Shown piece after piece: positions 39,023 to 49,400 of a DNA stretch of 64,000 bases; within the stretch, counting starts at the first letter, position 1, and each line of letters begins with the position of its first letter. Both the position numbers and the translations under genes were made by a program. The DNA comes from Longimicrobiales bacterium. Its GTDB lineage: Bacteria > Gemmatimonadota > Gemmatimonadetes > Longimicrobiales > Gaopeijiaceae. The notes beneath the pieces were generated by a model. It saw only the letters and a program-made list of their open reading frames with translations. It did no database searches and was not told the DNA's origin. The stretch is from positions 2,336,001-2,400,000 of the forward strand of contig OZ241869.1 in NCBI GenBank assembly GCA_965202805.1, written 5' to 3'.

Positions 39023-39648
39023 CTTCCGAACAGTCGCCTCAGCTGAACGATAAGCCCGCCGGCTGGAGTCCCCTTCCCTCGGGCTTCCGGGCAGGAGCCG
39101 GGCAGCGGGATCAGGTGTTTCTTGTCAATCAGGTTCTCAAGGTGCGTGACCGCACAGCGCGCGACAGCAGCGTCCTCGAGCAATACTCCGAACTCAATGT
39201 TGGCATCCCAAGCCGCACGCGTGAGGTTGGCTGAGGTGATGAAGACTCGCTCATCGTCCGCGACAACCAACTTGGCATGCAACTGCCCACGATCACGGCG
39301 CGCGGGTCGCGGATCGTAGTAGACGCACGGACGCTTCGTACCCGGCCACCTCTTCCAGAAACGATCACTGAACTCACGCACCAGCTTCCGGGGCGCTCGG
39401 TCGTCGCGTTTGTACCGTGGCAGATTGAGAATCAGGTTTACTCTAAGTCCGGGCGTCGCGTCCAAGCGCTGCGCGACTCGGCCAAGGATATCGCGCCGGG
39501 ACTGCGCGAGATAGCTGGTTATCCAAAGGGATTGCTCGGCCGACGAGAACAGCTCCACGAAGATCCGTCGGGTATTGCCCCAAGCATCACTCTCTGGACC
39601 GGACCACACCAGGTGAAGTCGGCCTCCAGACTCCTCGTGTATGGTCAC
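39019..39648 (-). CDS. PLD-family nuclease, DISARM DrmC-like, single HKD motif
   Basis: LVWSGP, LHAKLVVADDER (HxKxxxxD), FITSANLT, NIEFGV; aaggag 7 nt before the GTG start. Confidence 0.82.
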   Translation of the reverse strand: MTIHEESGGRLHLVWSGPESDAWGNTRRIFVELFSSAEQSLWITSYLAQSRRDILGRVAQRLDATPGLRVNLILNLPRYKRDDRAPRKLVREFSDRFWKRWPGTKRPCVYYDPRPARRDRGQLHAKLVVADDERVFITSANLTRAAWDANIEFGVLLEDAAVARCAVTHLENLIDKKHLIPLPGSCPEARGKGTPAGGLIVQLRRLFGR

Positions 39649-39673
39649 GTCATGACTCCTTCCCGCCTAGGCC

Positions 39674-39987
39674 CTAGGGTTGAGATTCCGAGGTACTCTC
39701 TTGGCCCTCGATCTGGTAGTCCAGGGCCAGCGTGTGCTTGCCGGCCTCATCCACGTGGATCTCCATGGTGCCCGACAGGCCCGCCAGCTCACCGGTCCCG
39801 GAGCCCGGCACCACATGGCCGCCGGTGCGCTGGCACGGCACATCAGCAGGCGTACACGGCCCTCTGCATCCAGCTCGCCATGGTAGCGTTTGGCGACTTG
39901 TGCTTCCGAGAAGAGCGGGCCTTCGCCTTCCTCACCGTTTGGCACGGCGTCCCAGCCGGTGATTTCGAAGTCGGAAACGATGTTCAT
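39674..39987 (-). pseudogene. DUF3224-family gene with internal deletion and frameshift
   Basis: N-terminal FEITGWD...KRYHGELDAEG in one frame; C-terminal VVPGSGTGELAGLSGTMEI...HTLALDY in another frame; central part missing. Confidence 0.75.
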
Positions 39988-40017
39988 GAAACGGAATCCT
40001 TGCTCGTGTTGCCGTCA

Positions 40018-40037
40018 GGTCCAAGTAGACTTGGACC
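40018..40037. promoter_or_regulatory. Perfect 9-bp inverted repeat (operator-like) in a divergent intergenic region
   Basis: GGTCCAAGT-AG-ACTTGGACC; TACAAT at 40046-40051. Confidence 0.55.
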
Positions 40038-40128
40038 AAGTATCGTACAATGAGTCGCCTCGCAGGGAGCATCCGGGCGGACCGAAGCTGGCGGAGCGAC
40101 CTGTCGCTCGATGGGGAAGGAGGGTCTC

Positions 40129-40650
40129 ATGACGTGTGGGAAGAGGATGGTCGTGGTCGTCGGCGACATCACCAGGCTCGCGGTCGACGCGATTGTCAGC
40201 GCGGCGAACCGGTCGCTCCTGGTTGGTGGCGGGGTGGACGGCGCCATCCACGCGGCCGCCGGTCCGGGCCTGCTTGCGGAGTGCCGTGCCCTGAACGGAT
40301 GCGACACCGGTGACGCGAAGATCACCCGTGGCTACCGCTTGTCGGCGGACCACGTCATCCACACCGTCGGCCCCGTCTGGTCCGGTGGGGACCCGGACGA
40401 GGACGGACTCCTCGCAAGTTGCTATCGCCGGGCGCTGGAGGTGGCGGTAGAGAACGGGCTGCGGACGATCGCGTTTCCGGCGATCTCGACGGGGGTCTAC
40501 GGGTTTCCGGTTGAGCGAGCGGCGCGGATCGCGGTTCGTGAGGTTGCGAGCTTCCTGAGCGCCTCGCCCGGTATCGAGGAGGTCACCTTCTGCTGTTTCT
40601 CAGAGGATTCGGCGGAGGCACACCGGGCTGCGTTGGATGAACTTGGCTGA
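40129..40650 (+). CDS. Macro-domain O-acetyl-ADP-ribose deacetylase (YmdB-like)
   Basis: [49 protein letters not shown]. Confidence 0.93.
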   Translation: MTCGKRMVVVVGDITRLAVDAIVSAANRSLLVGGGVDGAIHAAAGPGLLAECRALNGCDTGDAKITRGYRLSADHVIHTVGPVWSGGDPDEDGLLASCYRRALEVAVENGLRTIAFPAISTGVYGFPVERAARIAVREVASFLSASPGIEEVTFCCFSEDSAEAHRAALDELG

Positions 40651-40652
40651 AG

Positions 40653-41009
40653 TCACCCCGTATTCCGGTCTCCCCCGTTTCGCCCACCAACCGCGCTACC
40701 GCGTCGCCCGAGGACATCGTCCGATGGGCGATAGGGCTCGACGCTGATCTCCCGATCGCGCAGCCGCGTGCGCGCGATGTCGTAGGACGCCTGCATCCGC
40801 ATGAGCGTGTCCATCTTCACGCCGAACGCCTTCTCGATCCGCAGCGCCATGATGCCGGACAGGTCCGAACGGCCATTCAGAAACGTGGAGAGCGCCGGGC
40901 GGGATACACCGAGTACCTGCGCCGCGGCAGCTACGGTGAGACCGTGGGGTTCGATTACCTCGGTCCTCACGAATGCACCGGGGTGAGGGGGGCTCAGCAT
41001 GCGCATCAT
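40653..41009 (-). CDS. higA: HigA-family antitoxin (no adjacent HigB)
   Basis: PPHPGAFVR, LTVAAAAQVLGVSRPALS, MALRIEKAFG, MRMQASYD. Confidence 0.9.
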   Translation of the reverse strand: MMRMLSPPHPGAFVRTEVIEPHGLTVAAAAQVLGVSRPALSTFLNGRSDLSGIMALRIEKAFGVKMDTLMRMQASYDIARTRLRDREISVEPYRPSDDVLGRRGSAVGGRNGGDRNTG

Positions 41010-41033
41010 GGCTCCCCTATCGATCTTCGAGGC

Positions 41034-41192
41034 CTAGTCGGCGGCGGAGTGCCTCAACATCCACCGGCTCTCTTCCCCCGCGTCCGCCCGAGCGATGGCC
41101 TCTCGCAGGCGCTCAGCATTCCTGGGCGAGCGAAGCAGGTAGTCGGTCTCCGTCCGCGAACTGAGACTCGTCCGTCTCCGGTCCTTGCTCAT
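41034..41192 (-). CDS. 52-aa protein matching the C-terminal toxin-binding part of YefM-type antitoxins
   Basis: Below the ORF-track cutoff; aggaaag then ATG; MSKDRRRTSLSSRTETDYLLRSPRNAERLREAIARADAG... Confidence 0.6.
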   Translation of the reverse strand: MSKDRRRTSLSSRTETDYLLRSPRNAERLREAIARADAGEESRWMLRHSAAD

Positions 41193-41331
41193 CTGCTTTC
41201 CTGTCGATGGCATGCTGTGACCGCCAAGCCAGAACGCGCTCTTCTGCGGTGGCGGTTGTCTCTTCGAGGATCCCCTCCTCGGCCAGGTAGGCCTCGAACG
41301 ACGAGCCCACGCGACCCTTCTCTTTCGGCAT
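41113..41331 (-). pseudogene. Truncated XRE/Fis-like antitoxin (N-terminal part only)
   Basis: VGSSFEAYLAEEGILEETTATAEERVLAW matches the family N-terminus; the HTH is missing. Confidence 0.65.
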
Positions 41332-41437
41332 GATATGACCTCCTTGGCTTTACTCCGAAGCGGCGCGAGGATCCGTTCAAAGATACTATCGTAGGAATCT
41401 GTTCAAGGTAGAAGGGTCACGTGATCAGCAGATCATC

Positions 41438-41510
41438 GACGTTCGTCGGCGCCGCGGTCGTCGGTGGTCCCCTGTGGATCCTGGCTGGGGCCGCTGATTC
41501 TTCCCTGAAT
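41438..41510 (+). pseudogene. 3' remnant of a paralog of the downstream membrane protein
   Basis: Encodes TFVGAAVVGGPLWIL then (frameshift) LGPLILP*, versus TLVGAAVVGGPVWVMWVGPWVLP* at the end of 41531-42175. Confidence 0.6.
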
Positions 41511-41530
41511 ACCCGCTGAGCGGAGGACGC

Positions 41531-42175
41531 ATGGCTGACAGGTGGTGGCGAGATCAAGGGTAGTGGGTCGCGGTGGCCGGCGGCGCGCTCGCTTTCCCGA
41601 TCGGGGTGCTGCTCCACGAACTCGGGCACTTCGGCGGATTCGCCGCGTTCGGATTCCCCGATCCGGTCCTGCACTTCGCCTCTGCCGGCTGGGGCGATGA
41701 CGGGCAGTTCGACTCGCTCTGGCGGGCCGGAGACGTGGAAGCCGCGGCGGCGATTGCTCCACCGTGGCAAGTAGCGGCCAGCATCGCCGCGGGACCGGTC
41801 GTCTCCTACCTGACGATCATCGCCTGCATCCTGGCGCTCCGCGGATCCGGCCCTGGCCCCTTGTCTCTCGTTCTCGGCGTCGGGCTGGTGACCCCCTTCC
41901 ACTGGACGTGGTCGATTCCGGTCCTCGCCTTGAGGCTCCGCGGGGCGCGCGTCGAATGGGGCCCCGACGAAATTGTCGTCGCGGCGATCATGGGGATCCC
42001 CCAGCTCCTGGTCATTCTGATCGCCCTAGCCAGCGCCGTGCTCGCGTACTGGCTCGTCGTGACCTCCATCCCCCGCGGGCAGAGGGTGAGGACCATCCTG
42101 CCGACCCTGGTCGGGGCGGCGGTTGTGGGCGGACCGGTGTGGGTGATGTGGGTGGGGCCGTGGGTGCTGCCGTAG
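41531..42175 (+). pseudogene. Membrane protein with HExxH motif (M50-like), in-frame TAG at 41561-41563
   Basis: ggagga then ATG at 41531, TAG at codon 11, the same frame continues through GTG 41573; LLHELGH, AAGPVVS, several TM segments. Confidence 0.6.
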
Positions 42176-42237
42176 GGCCATCTTGAGAGCGCGCCCCGCC
42201 CGCAACCCGAGCGGGCAGACATCTCAGGTGCGTTGGC

Positions 42238-42266
42238 TTGACCATCAGAGCTATAATAGCTACTAT
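42238..42266 (+). promoter_or_regulatory. Sigma70 promoter with palindromic operator for the TA operon
   Basis: TTGACC (42238-43), 17-nt spacer, TACTAT (42261-66); AGCTAT-A-ATAGCT palindrome at 42249-42261. Confidence 0.7.
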
Positions 42267-42272
42267 GGCCGC

Positions 42273-42524
42273 ATGCGAGAAATCACTGCCAAAGAGGCCA
42301 AGAACCGGTTCGGCCAGCTGCTTCGGTCCGCCCAGCAGGGGCCCGTGCGCGTCACCCGGAACGGCACGCCGGTGGGCGTGATGCTGTCGGTGGAGCAGTT
42401 CGAACGACTGCGCGGAACTGCGTGGGACCGGTTGACGGCCGCGATGGACGCCATGAGCCGGGAGGCAGCTGCCAACGACCTGACGCCAGCGGCGTTGGAG
42501 TCCCTGCTCTCCGATGAAAGCTGA
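42273..42524 (+). CDS. Phd/YefM-family antitoxin
   Basis: MREITAKEAKNRFGQLL...PVRVTRNGTPVGVMLS. Confidence 0.9.
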   Translation: MREITAKEAKNRFGQLLRSAQQGPVRVTRNGTPVGVMLSVEQFERLRGTAWDRLTAAMDAMSREAAANDLTPAALESLLSDES

Positions 42525-42978
42525 CAGGGTCGTACTCGACACCAACGTTCTGATGAGCGCCGCCCTCACCCGGACCGGGCCACCCCGCAGGGTGGTCGAT
42601 CTGGTCAGAGCGGACAACGGAGTCCTACTCCTCAGCGACGAGACGTTCACCGAGCTTCGCCATCGGATCCTCGGTTCGAAGTTCGACCGCTACGTGGGTA
42701 GGGAGTTCCGGGCCGCCTTCGTCGCGCTGCTGGCCGCGGTTGCGGAATGGGTGCCGATCGCCGGTGCCAGGCTCGGCTGCCGCGACCCGACCGTCGACAA
42801 GATCCTGGAGACGGCCCTCATGGGTCGCGCCGACCACTTGGTGACGGGAGACGGCAACCTGCTCGCCATGTCGCCGTTCCATGGAATACCGATCGTCACG
42901 CCGGCCCGCTTTCTGGCGCTCCATGGGCAAACGAGTGCGGCCGCAACCGATCTTCATGAGCGCGATCCCGCCACCTGA
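42514..42978 (+). CDS. PIN-domain toxin
   Basis: VVLDTNVLMSA, CRDPTVDKILETA, LVTGDGNLL; overlaps the antitoxin. Confidence 0.9.
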   Translation: MKADRVVLDTNVLMSAALTRTGPPRRVVDLVRADNGVLLLSDETFTELRHRILGSKFDRYVGREFRAAFVALLAAVAEWVPIAGARLGCRDPTVDKILETALMGRADHLVTGDGNLLAMSPFHGIPIVTPARFLALHGQTSAAATDLHERDPAT

Positions 42979-43097
42979 GGGGGTGCTTCATTTGAGAATC
43001 TCCATGAATCTCCGCCCATCCACCTATACCTCTGGTTCACGCAAGACGCTACGTTGACGACCGACCGCGAAACCACCAGCGAAACCGGAGCCGTCCC

Positions 43098-43334
43098 ATG
43101 GCCAGCGCCGAGCAGTTCAAGGCATTGCTGAGGTCGCACCTAGAAGGTGACAACGTCCGGTTTATCTCGGTCGCGATGCAGGTCGCCGCCCACGAAGCGA
43201 GGGTGGGCCACGGCAAACTGGCCACCGATCTGAGCGACATCATCGATCGGGCCAAGAGCCATCGCGGGGCGGGGGCTCCGGTGCCAATCGGCCGACCGCG
43301 CGGGGAAGAACACCTTCGAATGAGGTCTTTCTGA
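43098..43334 (+). pseudogene. Truncated AAA ATPase N-terminus (IetA-like, normally paired with an S8 protease)
   Basis: AEQFKALLRSH...AMQVAAHEARVGHGKLA...PVPIGRPRGE, then a stop before any Walker motif. Confidence 0.7.
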
Positions 43335-43400
43335 TGGTCTCGGGCGATGACAAACACCAACTAGTACCTGGGCCTTCGTTACCATTCCCTACTCTGACCC

Positions 43401-46400
43401 ATGAGTGAGCCATCGTTCCAATCACGGCGACCAGAGGCGCCCGCCATGGGAGAGAGGCGGGCTCGGTGGGGATATGGGTATCAGGACAAGGTCGCCACAG
43501 AGCGAATCTTGCAGTTTCTGCGGAAGGATCTGCGTGATGGCGTTAGGGAGTTCGAAGGTGTCCGCCTTGCGGATCTTGAAGCCGGTCGCGTTGATGACTT
43601 TGTTCTTGTTTGGAAAGGATCGGTTGAAGGAAACTCGATCAAGTGGTCCGGTGGTGCGACCGGGTTTATGTGGGGTGACCTTGTCGGTGCATCTGGGCTC
43701 CTCCAAGATCTCGCCTGCGGATGGAACCGCCTCCGGAGCCGCTGGACGGGACGCACGGTCACTGTGCGACTCCATACCAATCGATCGGTTTCTCCCAAGA
43801 AACATCATGCACAGATAATCTCTTCCTTCAGCGTTGCGGAATTTGTCGAGAAACACTGGCCGTCAGGTCCTAATGCAGCGGATTCAGAAGATCTGCGTGA
43901 AGCGTGGCGGAAGATTGCTGAGCACGTAGACTTGGCAGGACCTGAGTTATGGAATTTCGTGGCGAATTGCGAACTGGCTTTCGAACAAACTGAGCCTCCG
44001 GGGATCGGTGACGACTCTCATGACTGGAGACACTATCGTCGACAGTTTGACAGCCTTCACAAGGCAATCGCAACATGGTTAACCAACAACCCCGACGGCG
44101 AATTAATTGAGCGAGATTACCTTCTCGCAGCGATCGGGCTACGATCGAGCCGCTCCGGCTTGATTCAGCGCTTCCCGGAACCGACCATACCCTACGAGAA
44201 AAACCATGCGGCGGCCGATCGTTTGAAAGCGTTGGTTGATGAGATTCCGGGAGGATATCTCGCAATTACGGGGCCGGCAGGTGTTGGTAAATCCACGCTC
44301 GTCCAGGATGTTCTTACCGACTCCCGATACCCACACTTCGTCCCATACTACGCGTTCTTACCTAGCACTGACGGGAACCGCGACCGAGCTGAGGCGCTGA
44401 CGTTCTTTCAAGACGTTGGTGCGCGTCTCGAGCGCATTCATTCGAAGAGTTACAGTCTCGGCATTACCGATATCGTTCAAGGCCGCGACGCACTCCGGCG
44501 CCACATGTTGAGTGCGAATCAACGCTACGTCCTGAACGGCCACAAGACCATCCTTCTCATCGATGGTTTGGACCACGCAATGCGGGAAGTAGATCTTCAG
44601 ACACCGATGCTCAGCGAGCTTCCGCATCCAGACGAGATCCCAGAAGGGTTCTTGATCATCCTGAGCAGTCAACCGCAGGCATTCCTCCCAGACGTAATTC
44701 CCGCAGCGGTCGCCACAAGAGTTGCCGAAGATGGTAGGAGACTCGAAGTCTTGGGCTTGAGTCGCCAGGAGGTTCACACGCTTGCTTCGAAGCTCGGTAA
44801 GCCGACGAGGGGCGAAGAACGCGATCTGCTGCACGACGCATCTCAAGGAAACCCTTTGATATTGACGTACCTCCTAGCAGCGTTCAAGCGAACAGATGAC
44901 ACAAGTGTGACAGGGGCAATCGAGCTGGCCGGGCGCTACGCAGGTCAGATCGACCAGTACTACCACGACCGCCTGGCGGTATCGCTTCAAGACATCCAGA
45001 CGAGGAAGCTTCTCGGGCTGCTGTGTAGGGCAGCGCCAACGCTCCCGGTAGCATGGCTCGCCGAGTGGCCGGAGAAGGAAGCGATCCAAGACATCTATCA
45101 GCGAGTGCTGACACCGTTCGTTCGCGTTACTGATGGTCGCGTTTCCTTTATCCATGACAGCCTGATTGCATTTCTCAGGTCGCAGACGCGCTCTCGGCTT
45201 CCCGGCAGCGATCCTGTCAGGGATGAACGAGAGTACCATTCTATCCTTGCGGACCGTTCATATGGACGTTCTTGCCTCGACCCCGTCGGCCGCGCTCGAG
45301 TTGTTCACCTCATGCGGGCCAATAGGCAAGCCGATGTGCTTGAGCAGTTGTCTTCCGATTGGCTGCGGTCAGCGGCGCACGGATTCCTGCCGTACGCTCA
45401 TGTCCGTCCGGTTTTGTTGGCCGGCCACACTGCTGCTTCCGCCATGGGCGATTGGGGCCACACACTTAGACTACTCCTCTTGAGCCATGAGCTTGAGCAA
45501 AGGACCTCCCGAATTGACGCAGATCATCTCGCAGACACGTTCTTAGATCTTCGTGACCCACTGCTAGCATTCTCGCAGATTCGCTCCGACGACCGATTGC
45601 TAGTCCCCGAAAGCGAAGCCCTCCGATTCGCGGGCACCTTGCAGCGGTATGCACACGAGCAGAATCTTCCCAGCCTTAAGGATAAAGCTCGCACTCTCTA
45701 TTCTCAAGCGAAGCCCATCTCATTGATCTACACAGGTGAGCCGATTGAATCGGTCAACCATGATGAAGACCTGGAAATCGTCAGAGCTTGGAGTAGCGTG
45801 GCCGTTCTGTTCGAACCGCCCACCATCGTGACCGAGGAGATCCAAAGACTTGTTCTGCGTTCAGAGAGGAACTCCCACCAGCCCGGTCCAGCGATGGTGA
45901 GAGCGGACCTTTTACTCCGAGCGTTTGACACTGCACTCGACGCGGGCTGTGACTCAGAGGAACTACAGGTTCTTGTCGACGCCATCCAAGCTCTTGGGTC
46001 TAACACCTCCCATTTTGTCGCGTTGCTTCGACTAGCAGAATCAATGCCATCGGAGGTAGATGTCGACTCACTCCAGGCGGCCTATGGGGCGGCTAGGACA
46101 AACAGGGATATCGATCTCGCTTATGCACGATTCCTCTACCATCAAGATGATCGGGCGGGGGCTACTGAGATCATCGGTCGTCTATCGCACATCCGCTTCA
46201 GGCCATATGAAGACTGGCACCGTTGGGGGTTTTCGGATGTGACTTACACCACCCAGCTTCGGTGGCTGCAAGAGATCCTCTCCGTGCGCGAGGGAGCCGT
46301 TCCAGGGGCTAAAGACGAGAGTGAAGAGGCACGCGCTCGACTGGAACATACAGCTAGAGAGCTCGGTGTCCATCTAGCGAGTGCAGCCAAGGGCCAATTC

Positions 46401-49400
46401 CACGGTGTTCACCGTGAGCTGTTCCGATCGTTCTTGCTCTTCCACAACCGGCCCGTGCACTTCAGTACATTGCCTCGACAACACTCTATCCCACAGGCGT
46501 CGAGAAACGAAATCTACGAACAGGTCGTGAAGCTGGCGAGAACCCAGGGGCTAGAGGGGCTCAGAGCCTTGAGTGAGGTGGTAGTAGAACTAACCACAGG
46601 CTCAACTGCCAAGCAATTCACGCCTTATCAACGCCGGCGCTTCGCGCAGCTGTTTTACCAGGAAGGCGCCATGTCTAGGGAGCAGTCCGTCTCGCTTGGG
46701 CTCTCCTCAACAGCAGACGCCTCCGATGATGATCCCATGCAGCGGCAAGAGGCATGCTTGGAGATCGCTAGGTTTCTATACCACGTGGGGGATCGAGGTG
46801 GGTCTGCGGACTGGAAGACTAGAGCGAGTGAAGTCTCTGCTGGGGCGGGCAGTCATAAAGACTACCACATGGCCCAGGTAGCAGACTGGCTGACTCGATC
46901 GATTCATCAGGCGAACCCCGATCATTTGGTGATTCTCGACCGATTCGCGCGTGCCGTAGAAGTCGCCGGAGGGAGCGGCGGGCCCGATGGCGCCGCGAAG
47001 CTGCTTCGCTTGATCGTTCGTCTGACGCCCGCGCGGGCGTGGCACCTGGCTGTGGAGTATGTGGACCGGGACGTCCTACCCTTGTCGGAGGTGCTCGATG
47101 CCCTGATCGCTGGCGGCGCTGATGCATCGGCGCATCCGGAACTCTTAGGCGGAATGTACGGTGAGCTTCTTTCGTTGATCGCACCTGGAGACACGTCCGA
47201 GACAGCCGCAATTGTCTTGAGAGCGTTTCCGCGCGCCCAGATGAGGGAAGTGGCAACGCGAGTGATGGCTCATGTGCGCACCAACGCCTTGCCCTCCCAT
47301 CGCGCTGCGGTGGCGCGGGCTCTTCAGGACACGATTCGCCGTGAGGGCCTTGACCCGATTACCCTGACGCCGGGCTTGACACCAGGAGGTGACGATGCTG
47401 GGGGCCACAGCCACCTCTATCGAAACATGACCGGTGAACTGGAGACACTGGACCAAGTTGCCGAACGCCTCAGCGATCCGAGAAAACCTGACACATGGAA
47501 TCCCAACCCCAAGGACAATGCCAATTTTTATTGGTGGGCCGCTATTGGGAAAGCACGTGTCGCGGACGAAGCTCATTTCGATAGCCTTGTTGAGCGCTTT
47601 CCTCCACCGGACTACCGTCAGATCGAACTAATGGCTCGGAGGGCGGACATTCTCCTGCGTTCAGGCGACCGTCAGTCTGCAAAGGAATTGATCGAGAAGG
47701 CTCTCAGCCACTCAAGGGATGGATCGTGGCATCGGCAGCTCGATGGCGCACAGAAGATGACCGTGTTTGAGACACTCAAAAAGATCGATCAGGCTGACGG
47801 CATTGACCGCGGCCGTGAACAGTTTTTGAACGATCTTAGCACCGGACAACTTTGGCCTCTTTATTTGCTGACTGATATCGGTGAAATACTAGAACTCCTA
47901 GCAGTCGATTGGCCTAGCGATGCCGTTCTTGAAGCTGTTGATGACTACCTGATACAAGTGCTTGCCGCAAGCCCCGAGACCCGACCCTATGAGTCGCTGA
48001 CAAGGTCAGTACTCCCTTCGTCAACCGATCAGGCACTTTGCCGCTTCCTAGCCGAACTTCTGGTGTGTCCAGTCGTCGATGTTGGACTTGCCGCGAGACG
48101 CGCTCTTGCCAAGTATCTGGCCGTTCACGGAAAAGGATTTGTCACGTTATTCACTAATTCACCTTGGTGGAACCCGTTACAACTCGAACATCTCTTGGCT
48201 ACGGTTCACTTAGCGATATCCCTCGGGTCACCGCGGATCTCCGCTCTGCGGGGAGTCATCGAAGATCTGAAGCACTCAGAATCGCTCTCCGTTCGCAGTA
48301 TTGCGAAACGGATCTGCGACGGCCAGGGTTGGATTTGGGAGGACCTCACAACGGCTTCGCCGCGGCCGATCATCCTTGTGCCGAGCTATCCGGACACCCT
48401 CCGTGAGGCAGAAATGGTGATCGGCGGGGAGACGGCGATCGCATGGGATCTACATAGAGCGCTTATTCGACCACTACTCGATCGTGGACTCGATGTGGAT
48501 GAACTGCGCTCCGAATTCGAAAGCGTGTACTGGGCGCTAAAAGGCGAATATCCGTGGGCTAGCGACAGAAGGCTCCAGCACTGGGTGAGGAAGCTCTTGA
48601 CTAGTTTCTGGCTAAACACCAACGCGGTCATCGGTCGAGAAGCTGCCATGCGTGTGTTTGGAAGGCAGTCGCTCTCCGGGCAAATCCCGCCTGGTGCGGA
48701 GATCGCATATGACAGCTATTACCCGATCTACGACCCGTTAGTCGAGTCTTATCGACCGACCGAACGTCCACTGGAATTCCAGGCGATGGCATGGCGTTTC
48801 ATGGGCAAAGACCGGGAAGATTGGCTCCAAGGGGCCGACGCCTCCGAGTGGAGCCACTACCCGAACTCAATTCAGGGACGGTCAGTCATTGGCGAACAAA
48901 CCTGGTTTGTGCGACCGGAATGGGAGTGGCCACGTGAAGAAAGGTATCGCGGCTTGATTGCAAATGTAGCGGACGAAGCGGGCGAACAAGTTCTGAAATC
49001 AACACGTGCGCTGACGTACAAAACGTACTTGAACGGTTGGGGTCAAGAGGACAAACAACTGGTCGTTCTGAATAATGAGGATCAACTCATCGGGACGGTT
49101 TATCGGTGGGCGGCCATCAATTCAAACGTCGCGAAGGCTCTTGCCTGGCGCCCTTCAACGACTGTCCCGTTTCAATGGTTCGATGCCAAAGGGGAAGTAA
49201 TGGTCGAGTCGACATTCTGGAAGGACGGCTGGATACGGATCAAACCACCCCGTTTCGAGTCCCTTGGCGAAGGATGGGTCGTCTCAGCGTCCACCGCCGC
49301 GATTGAGGCTATCCGACGTTTCGCCCCCGAAACAGAGATTCATTTGTGGGTTGAGCGCCATTGTCACGGTGATCCCGCAAACCAAGGTAAATGGCATCTA

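Noticed and set aside
39019..39648. Complete DISARM system
   Set aside because: No DrmA/DrmB helicase or DUF1998 genes and no methyltransferase in the window
35388..41563. Genome-wide amber recoding or pyrrolysine suggested by two in-frame TAG codons
   Set aside because: Many intact genes here end in TAG at family-typical C-termini (e.g. 1225, 30222, 56741, 61807), and no pyl genes or suppressor tRNA are visible
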